Assembly: GCA_963762075.1 (NCBI GenBank)
Contig: CAVXJC010000005.1
Coordinates: 23,223-87,222, forward strand
DNA from: an uncultured Actinomycetes bacterium
GTDB lineage: Bacteria; Actinomycetota; UBA4738; HRBIN12
Length of the DNA: 64,000 nt
Direction of reading: 5' to 3'
This document shows, piece after piece, positions 58,190 through 64,000 of this stretch. A program made the translations under genes and the position numbers. Position 1 is the stretch's first letter. Every line of letters begins with the position of its first letter. Under the pieces are notes generated by a model. The model had not been told where the DNA came from and did not search any database. It saw only the letters and a program-made list of their open reading frames with translations.

Positions 58190-58435
58190 TCAGACCTTCC
58201 TCACGAGGAAGCTGAACTCGCCGTCGAGCTCACGCGATTCGACCAGCTCGTTGCCGCTGATCTCGGCCCAGCTCGGAACATCCGAACGTGATCCCGGGTC
58301 GGTGGCCACCAGCTCGAGCAGGTCGCCGCGGGCGGCTTCCCGAAGGGCCTTGGCGAGCGAGACGAGCGGCCCTGGGCAGGACTGACCTCTGGCGTCGACG
58401 ATGAGCGTTGTCTTCGTGGAAATGGTCGAGGACAC
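58190..58435 (-). CDS. TusA/SirA-family sulfurtransferase
   Basis: VDARGQSCPGPLVSLAKAL carries the CPxP motif. It ends 1 nt before the DsrE-like start. Confidence 0.85.
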   Translation of the reverse strand: MSSTISTKTTLIVDARGQSCPGPLVSLAKALREAARGDLLELVATDPGSRSDVPSWAEISGNELVESRELDGEFSFLVRKV

Positions 58436-58645
58436 TGGTGCACCTCCAGGTGCGAGTGATGGGACGAGGAAAGGATGAAGCGCGGCCCTGAGGCCGTCCC
58501 TGCTCAGCGCGAACAGCAGATGCGGTCGGGGATCATGGCCCCCACGATGCCGGCTTCGCGCGTGCAGATCATTTGCAGGTGCAACAGCCTAGCCCACGAG
58601 GACGTTCCCAACAACGGCCATGTGGGGCTGATCCGACCACGAGCC

Positions 58646-59536
58646 CTACGGCGTGGGGGGCGTTTCCAGACACCCTTCGGTAAGGCCGACGCGGCGTAGG
58701 CCTTCGATGTCTCCGGGACCGAAGTCCGAGACTCCGCCCCCCGATGCGTTCATGAGCTGCCCCGCTTCCTCCACATGATCGAGCCCCATCACATGGCCCC
58801 ATTCGTGCAGCACGATCGGACCCTGGGCGTCGGGCGAGTCGAATCCAGGGGGGTTGGGGTCGTCTGAGTTGAGGGCGATCCAGCCACTGACGATGACGTC
58901 GCTTCCCGGAGGCGTGAAAGGCGAGGCGACGCCCGCCGCGATATCGCCGTGGTTACGGAACGAGACGGACGTCGCGTCGGGATCCACCCAGGTGACGAGC
59001 ACTGGTGCCCATCGATCGCCGTAGGGATCCTCCTGCACCAAGTCGCGCTCCTTGCGGAGCACCTCGTCCGTGGGTCCGTCGTAGATGAATGTGATGCCGG
59101 TTGCCCCGGAGATGCGCCGGACGGATTCCTGCACGTCGGCGAGCGACCCCTCAGGCGCCTCGGCGAGGTTGACCACGTAGTGAACGGGTTCGCAAGGGTT
59201 CCATCGGACCGGCTCGCCGCCGGAACCCTCGGCGATGAACGCGTACTCGTCGCGATGCTCCGACGGGTCATACCGCACGACGTACGACGTGACGGCGGCG
59301 GCGAGCATCATCGCGATCGTGAGCACCGCGGAACCGATCACCCATCTGGGGAAGCGTCGCCTCGGCGAAGGCTCCATCGGCGCCTGCAACGGCGTCCAGG
59401 CATGTGTCGCGAGGTCGGGGCGGGGTGGAACCGGGGGAAGGTCGGCGGCCAGAAGAGGCTCCTTGCGGGTCACGGGTGTGTGCGGGTTACCCATGCATCG
59501 TAGGACAGACGCTGCAACTTGAGGCAAGGTCGGCAC
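58646..59536 (-). CDS. membrane-anchored matrixin-type (M10-like) zinc metalloprotease
   Basis: HEWGHVMGLDH (HExxHxxGxxH) and an N-terminal TM (WVIGSAVLTIAMMLAAAV). The start is uncertain: 59536, 59494 or 59377. Confidence 0.75.
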   Translation of the reverse strand: MPTLPQVAASVLRCMGNPHTPVTRKEPLLAADLPPVPPRPDLATHAWTPLQAPMEPSPRRRFPRWVIGSAVLTIAMMLAAAVTSYVVRYDPSEHRDEYAFIAEGSGGEPVRWNPCEPVHYVVNLAEAPEGSLADVQESVRRISGATGITFIYDGPTDEVLRKERDLVQEDPYGDRWAPVLVTWVDPDATSVSFRNHGDIAAGVASPFTPPGSDVIVSGWIALNSDDPNPPGFDSPDAQGPIVLHEWGHVMGLDHVEEAGQLMNASGGGVSDFGPGDIEGLRRVGLTEGCLETPPTP

Positions 59537-59560
59537 GACCCACTCGGTAGCATCAGATGG

Positions 59561-61054
59561 GTGAGGACCTCCCGTCGGACGCGCCGAGCGCCCGTGCTGC
59601 TGACGGCGCTGGTGGTCGCCGCGACGACACCCGCGGCGGCCGATGCGGCTCGCCCGCTCACGGTCGACACGCGTGAAGACTCGTTCGACGGCTCGTGCAC
59701 CGACGGCGATTGTTCGTTGCGTGACGCGGTGAAGAGTGCTCCCACCGGCGAAAGGGTGTCCGTGCCATCAGGGTTCTACCCGCTCTCGATCACCGGCGCA
59801 GGCGGTGTCGGCGAGGGCACGATCGAGCTGCGACGCGGCATCGAGATCGTCGGTGAGGGTGAGACAGGCGCGTTCATCGATGCGAGCGCGCTCGGCATGC
59901 CGGCCTTCGCAGCAGAGCGCAGTCGCAACCCCGCTGCCCGCCTCTCGCTCGAGCACCTCACCATCTTCGGCGCGCGCGACGCTTCGCTCGCAGGTGGAGC
60001 GATCTCGGTGGAAAGCGGCCGCCTCTCCCTGATCGGCGTGACGGTCGTCGGTGGACTCGCCGATCGTGGTGGCGGGATCGCCATCGCCGCCGGAGCGCGG
60101 CTGCGCCTCGTCCGATCGCTCGTGATCGAGAATGAGGCCGCGACGACCGGTGGCGGCGTCTGGAACGAGGGGATGCTCACGGCGTTGCGATCCGCCATCG
60201 TGGGCAATGTGGCGACCGACGGGGGCGGGCTGTGGACGGGACCGGGGTCAGCCACCTCGATCGCGAACGTGACGGTTGCGGACAACACCGCGACCGGCGA
60301 CGGGGGCGGGCTCTGGCTCGCAGGTCCGACAGAGATGATCGCCACGACCATCGGCGGTAACATCGCGGGTCGAGGCGGAGGCATCAGCGCAAGGATCGGC
60401 TCGATCGGAGCAACGCGAACCATCGTCTCAGCCAACCGAGCCGGTCGTGCCCGAGGATGCGACGGGACGCTTCGAAGCTTCGGCGACAACATCGACCAAG
60501 GACATCGGTGCGGATTCGATACGCCGCGGGACCTCGAGGAGGTCGACGCCCGGCTGCGGCCGCTCGGTCCGAACGGAGGCCCAACACCGACCATGGCTCT
60601 CACGGCGTCGAGCCCTGCCGTCGGTATCGCCGGCAACTGCGAAGGACGCGACCAGCGAGGGGTGCCGCGAGCTCGCCGGTGCGACGCCGGCGCCTACGAG
60701 ATCGTGCGATGCCTCGGCCTGATCGTGAACATCGTCGGCACACCGGACGACGACGAGCTGAGCGGGGGACGCGGAAACGACGCGTTCCTCGGCATGGGCG
60801 GGAATGACGAGTTCCAGGGCTCGGTCGGCGCTGACAGCGCATGCGGAGGGGGCGGTCGCGACCTCCTGATCGCGGGGCCGGGTCGCGACCGCTTCTCGGG
60901 GGAAGCCGGCAACGATCGCGTCAAGGGCGAGTCGGGAGACGACCTGCTTTACGGGGGCCCCGGGCGTGACCTGCTCACGGGCGGCCCGGGTCGAGACACG
61001 TGTGAGGTTCGTTCGCATGACCGACGCGCGCGCGGGTGCGAGCTCGCTACTTGA
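59561..61054 (+). CDS. secreted beta-helix protein with CSLREA-type N-terminus and C-terminal RTX-like Ca-binding repeats
   Basis: Signal peptide RRAPVLLTALVVAATTPAAADA, then DGSCTDGDCSLRDAVKSA. Gly-rich parallel-helix repeats follow (GGGI/GGGL...). The C-terminus reads GGRGNDAFLGMGGNDEFQG...GEAGNDRVKGESGDDLLYGGPGRDLLTGGPGRD. Confidence 0.75.
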   Translation: MRTSRRTRRAPVLLTALVVAATTPAAADAARPLTVDTREDSFDGSCTDGDCSLRDAVKSAPTGERVSVPSGFYPLSITGAGGVGEGTIELRRGIEIVGEGETGAFIDASALGMPAFAAERSRNPAARLSLEHLTIFGARDASLAGGAISVESGRLSLIGVTVVGGLADRGGGIAIAAGARLRLVRSLVIENEAATTGGGVWNEGMLTALRSAIVGNVATDGGGLWTGPGSATSIANVTVADNTATGDGGGLWLAGPTEMIATTIGGNIAGRGGGISARIGSIGATRTIVSANRAGRARGCDGTLRSFGDNIDQGHRCGFDTPRDLEEVDARLRPLGPNGGPTPTMALTASSPAVGIAGNCEGRDQRGVPRARRCDAGAYEIVRCLGLIVNIVGTPDDDELSGGRGNDAFLGMGGNDEFQGSVGADSACGGGGRDLLIAGPGRDRFSGEAGNDRVKGESGDDLLYGGPGRDLLTGGPGRDTCEVRSHDRRARGCELAT

Positions 61055-61448
61055 CCCGACGCCGGCGCTCGGGAGGCCAGTACACGAGCACGACCTTGGC
61101 CTTGAGGGCCTCCGCGCGCACCGGGCCGAACTGGCGAGAATCGGTCGAGGAGGGCTCATGGTCACCCTCGACCCACAGCTCGTCGTCACCGAGCACGCGG
61201 CCCGAGACGACGTCGCCCGCCACACCGACGAGGCGCTTCACCATCTCGTAGCCGGGCCTGCCCGGATGCTCGACCACGACCACATCGCCGCGCTCGTACC
61301 GCGTCGGCGTGACGACCAACGCCCAGTCTCCCGGTGCGAGCGTCGGCGCCATCGATCCACCCTCGATCTCCACCCGTGAGGGCTTGTAGCGCACACACGC
61401 CCACGCCAGCCCGGCGGCCACCAGCGCGGTCGCACCGGCGCCGCCCAT
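61047..61448 (-). CDS. sodX: Ni-SOD maturation protease (S26 signal-peptidase-like)
   Basis: GGSMAPTLAPGDW ... VKRLVGVAGD ... GDHEPSSTDSRQFGPV. It is divergent from sodN. I prefer the ATG at 61448. Confidence 0.8.
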   Translation of the reverse strand: MGGAGATALVAAGLAWACVRYKPSRVEIEGGSMAPTLAPGDWALVVTPTRYERGDVVVVEHPGRPGYEMVKRLVGVAGDVVSGRVLGDDELWVEGDHEPSSTDSRQFGPVRAEALKAKVVLVYWPPERRRRVK

Positions 61449-61554
61449 GCGGTTCCGACCCCGGTGGTAGGTTTCAGCCGAAGCGGAACCGGAGACGGTT
61501 CCGGCATCGCCGACATCGGCGGAACGATCCGTTCCATCGGAAGGAGGGGGATCC

Positions 61555-61971
61555 ATGCTCGAAGCATTCCTCAAGCCGCGCCGCGCCGTCCACGCCCATT
61601 GCGACGTGCCGTGCGGTGTGTACGACCCCGCGCAGGCCCGCATCGAGGCCGAATCGGTCAAGGCCATCCAAGAGCGTCTGCAAGACCCGGAGGGGAAGAA
61701 GTCCGCGACCGAGACCGCCGAGGAGTTCCGCGAGCGCTGCATGTTCATCAAGGAGCAGCGCGCCGACCTCGTGAAGCACCATCTGTGGGTTCTGTGGACC
61801 GACTACTTCAAACCCGAGCACCTCGAGAAGTATTCGGACCTGCATGACAAGTTCTGGAACGCGACCAAGCTCGCCGGCGCCTCGAAGAAGTCGAGCGACC
61901 CCGCCCAGGGGCAGAAGCTGCTCGACGCGGTCGACGAGATCGGCAAGATCTTCTGGGAAACGAAGAGCTAG
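61555..61971 (+). CDS. sodN: nickel-containing superoxide dismutase precursor
   Basis: A 14-aa leader (MLEAFLKPRRAVHA) precedes the Ni-hook HCDVPCGVYDPAQARIEAESVK. ...WETKS lies at the C-terminus. Confidence 0.95.
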   Translation: MLEAFLKPRRAVHAHCDVPCGVYDPAQARIEAESVKAIQERLQDPEGKKSATETAEEFRERCMFIKEQRADLVKHHLWVLWTDYFKPEHLEKYSDLHDKFWNATKLAGASKKSSDPAQGQKLLDAVDEIGKIFWETKS

Positions 61972-62002
61972 CTCCACGACCGATAACCGGACTGCTGGAG
62001 AG

Positions 62003-62039
62003 CCGGCGGGCCGGGGCCGTCGGATCCCCAGCCCGCCGG
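62003..62039 (+). terminator. GC-rich hairpin 32 nt after the sodN stop (putative terminator, no U-tract)
   Basis: CCGGCGGGC pairs with GCCCGCCGG, and an inner GGGG/CCCC pair extends the stem. Confidence 0.45.
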
Positions 62040-62341
62040 ACGATGCGCCCCTGCGTTGCGCGATCCGCCAGGCCTGGTCGAACCCCCGTCCGGCTCCTTG
62101 GCGCATGCGGCGCCAAAGAACGGACCCGGCGGAACGGAGTGGGTCTGGCGGCACTCCGCCCCGCCCGGTCTCCCGATAAGCATCGGTCGCCTCGAGCGTT
62201 GCGGCGCATGGGACCAAGGGCGGTTCGTGTGGGGCGAAGGGCCGAAGCACTTCGGCCGCTCACCGGCCGCCGTCATGTGCAACGCGCGCAAAGGCCCGGT
62301 GTCGACAGGCCGGATGCAGGCCCCTGCTAGGCTCGCCGACC

Positions 62342-63322
62342 GTGAAGGACGTGGGTCTGGTCGGGGTTCCGTACAGCGGCAAGTCGACGTTGTTCACGGC
62401 CCTCACGCGCGCCGGATCGCACGGCGGACAGGCGAACGTTGCAGTCGTCTCCGTGCCCGACGAACGCCTCGCCGTGCTCACCGAGATGGAGCGGTCGGCC
62501 AAGACCGTCGCAGCGCAGGTGCGATTCGTCGACGTGCCCGGTGGCGTGTCGAGCGCGCAAGGTATCGCCAGGCTTCGGGAAGTCGAGGCGCTCGCGATCG
62601 TGCTCCGCTGCTTCGGCGCCGACGCGGCTCCCTCCGATGAGCTCGAAAGCGTGCGAGCCGAGATGCTGCTCGCCGACCTGGGCGTGATCGACAGCGCACT
62701 CGAGAAGGCCGAGAAGAAGGCGCGCCGCCAGCCTGGGGCCGAGGTCGACGCGCTACGTCGCGCGAAGGAGGCGCTCGAGGCCGAGATCCCGCTCCGCGAC
62801 GCGACGCTCGAGAGAGACGACGTGGCGTTGCTTCGGGGCATCGCACCACTGACCTTGAAGCCCGAGGTCGTCGTCGCCAACCTCGAGGAAAGCCTCGATG
62901 TGCCCCGTGGGATCGCCGATACCGGCGCCGTCGGCGTGTACGCGTCGATCGAGGCCGAGACCGCGGAGATGGACGCCGACGAAGCCCGCGCCCTGCTCGA
63001 GGAGTTCGGCGTATCGCAGCCGGGACTCGAGACCGTGATCGAGGCCTGCTACCGAGCGCTCGACCTGATCACGTTCTTGACGACGGGCGACGACGAGACA
63101 CGAGCATGGGAGGTGCACAGCGGCGCGAAGGCCCCCGAGGCGGCCGGCGTGATCCACACCGACCTCGAGCGCGGCTTCATCAGAGCAGAGGTGATCGGCT
63201 ATGACGAGCTGGTCGCCGCAGGTTCGATGGAAGCCGCGAAGTCATCAGGCAAGCTCCGCGTCGAAGGCAGGGACTACGAGGTGGTGGAGGGAGACATCCT
63301 CCACGTGCGCTTCGCCGTGTAA
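62342..63322 (+). CDS. ychF: YchF/OLA1-family P-loop NTPase (divergent, short)
   Basis: The P-loop is GLVGVPYSGKSTLF. The C-terminal TGS-like end is FLTTGDDETRAW...IHTDLERGFIRAEV...GKLRVEGRDYEVVEGDILHVRF. The gene has a GTG start. Confidence 0.75.
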   Translation: MKDVGLVGVPYSGKSTLFTALTRAGSHGGQANVAVVSVPDERLAVLTEMERSAKTVAAQVRFVDVPGGVSSAQGIARLREVEALAIVLRCFGADAAPSDELESVRAEMLLADLGVIDSALEKAEKKARRQPGAEVDALRRAKEALEAEIPLRDATLERDDVALLRGIAPLTLKPEVVVANLEESLDVPRGIADTGAVGVYASIEAETAEMDADEARALLEEFGVSQPGLETVIEACYRALDLITFLTTGDDETRAWEVHSGAKAPEAAGVIHTDLERGFIRAEVIGYDELVAAGSMEAAKSSGKLRVEGRDYEVVEGDILHVRFAV

Positions 63323-63325
63323 GGG

Positions 63326-63769
63326 TCAGGCAGTTCCGATCGCGTTGAAGCGACATGTGATGCCGTCGAGGGCGGGGTAGTTGATCGAGGCGACGGTCTT
63401 CCCTTCGCGCTCGACCGTCCAGACGCCGTCCCAGCCGTCGTCTCCATCGACACCGACGGGCGACACGAGCCGATCGGTCGATCGGATCCCCGACACGCGA
63501 GCCCTGATGAAGGTCTCCCCTTCCGACACCCTCACCACGCCCGTCGGCTCGCCGAACGCGACCTGAGAGGCGGCCATGTCGGCGCGGCCACCCGTGTAGG
63601 CGAGGATCGTGCGAAACATGGGTGCGGCGTGGGCCTCGAAGACGACGCCCAGATCCAACGGCTCGACCTCGCGCGCACGCCGCGATCTCGGATGCATCGC
63701 CTCCGGGCTCAGTGGGGCCTCCGTCATCACAGCGTCCATCGCCGACGATAGACGCGTGTGACCGCTCAA
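63326..63769 (-). CDS. hypothetical protein
   Basis: 147-aa ORF with high GC3. I recognise no domain. Confidence 0.45.
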   Translation of the reverse strand: MSGHTRLSSAMDAVMTEAPLSPEAMHPRSRRAREVEPLDLGVVFEAHAAPMFRTILAYTGGRADMAASQVAFGEPTGVVRVSEGETFIRARVSGIRSTDRLVSPVGVDGDDGWDGVWTVEREGKTVASINYPALDGITCRFNAIGTA

Positions 63770-64000
63770 AGGTTTACTCGACCTCCGAGCGCGACCGTTT
63801 CAGGCTCCGCCGATGCCACCACCGGCGCACGACTCCCTGTGTCGAACCATCGAGGGCCCACGAACACCCACCCGATATGAACTCAACCGATCCCGTGCTC
63901 ATCGTCGCGCCGGTATCCGTCGACGACTTCTGTGACCCCTATCACCAACGAGCGGCGTCACGCCCTGCCCCACGCCCGGAAGACCGGTAGCCTGCCGACT

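Noticed and set aside
61972-62341. The 370-bp gap between sodN and ychF as a possible sRNA or riboswitch locus.
   Set aside because: I could identify only GC-rich hairpins (62003-62039, and GGCCGAAG-CA-CTTCGGCC near 62250). Nothing matches an RNA family I can recognise by eye, so I left it uncalled.
63622-64000. ORF 63622-63990 (+) and other reading frames at the 3' edge.
   Set aside because: The composition is Arg/Pro-rich, there are no motifs, and it partly overlaps the better-supported minus-strand ORF. The evidence is insufficient to call anything in the last 230 nt.
1-64000. Mobile elements, prophage, integrases, tRNA/rRNA genes and known defence systems (RM, CBASS, Abi, etc.).
   Set aside because: No transposase, integrase, recombinase, phage-structural, cas or nuclease/methylase-pair signatures were seen in any frame. 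I noticed no tRNA-like cloverleaf regions in the intergenic gaps. I could not run a tRNAscan/cmscan pass to confirm this.

Overview
High-GC window with strong GC3 bias. The gene content looks actinobacterial (Actinomycetota-type): ino1 with its PadR partner, Ni-superoxide dismutase sodN with its protease sodX, a PAC2 protein, LLM/F420-type oxidoreductases, and several ECF, TetR, MarR and MerR regulators. It is dense housekeeping and accessory chromosome. I found no rRNA, tRNA, CRISPR array, transposase, integrase or phage genes, and no recognisable defence system. About 75 coding regions are supportable. They include many small VOC/glyoxalase and SRPBCC genes, three two-component systems, one TCS-linked ABC-2 exporter, a P450-ferredoxin pair, four MFS transporters, chrA, a TusA/DsrE pair and a PAS-GGDEF-EAL protein. 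There is also a minus-strand operon (39.1-45.1 kb) for B12 uptake and nucleotide-loop assembly, headed by a cobalamin riboswitch.

Main observations:
1. The riboswitch-proximal part of the B12 operon is riddled with single-base frame changes. The btuF-like gene has about a dozen and the btuC-like gene at least four. btuD-like, cobU and cobT have one each, and the divergent neighbouring gene has a compensated pair. The amino-acid sequence is otherwise well preserved. This is either very recent operon decay or a local assembly/homopolymer error hot spot.
2. A LigC-type ATP-dependent DNA ligase homologue has every catalytic lysine replaced (EPKWDG -> EPDWDG). It lies next to an apparently intact AlkZ-like crosslink glycosylase and a large uncharacterised membrane protein.
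3. A TolB-like beta-propeller and a blue-copper (cupredoxin) domain are joined by an (SPSPSPSA)n-polyPro linker. The reading frame breaks inside a 24-nt tandem repeat.
4. An RHH/Doc toxin-antitoxin pair has a degenerate Fic motif. It is flanked by a 26-bp palindromic tandem repeat and an AT-rich perfect palindrome.
5. Several clean operator-like palindromes lie in divergent regulator promoters.

All calls come from reading the sequence and the ORF track. No database search was run.
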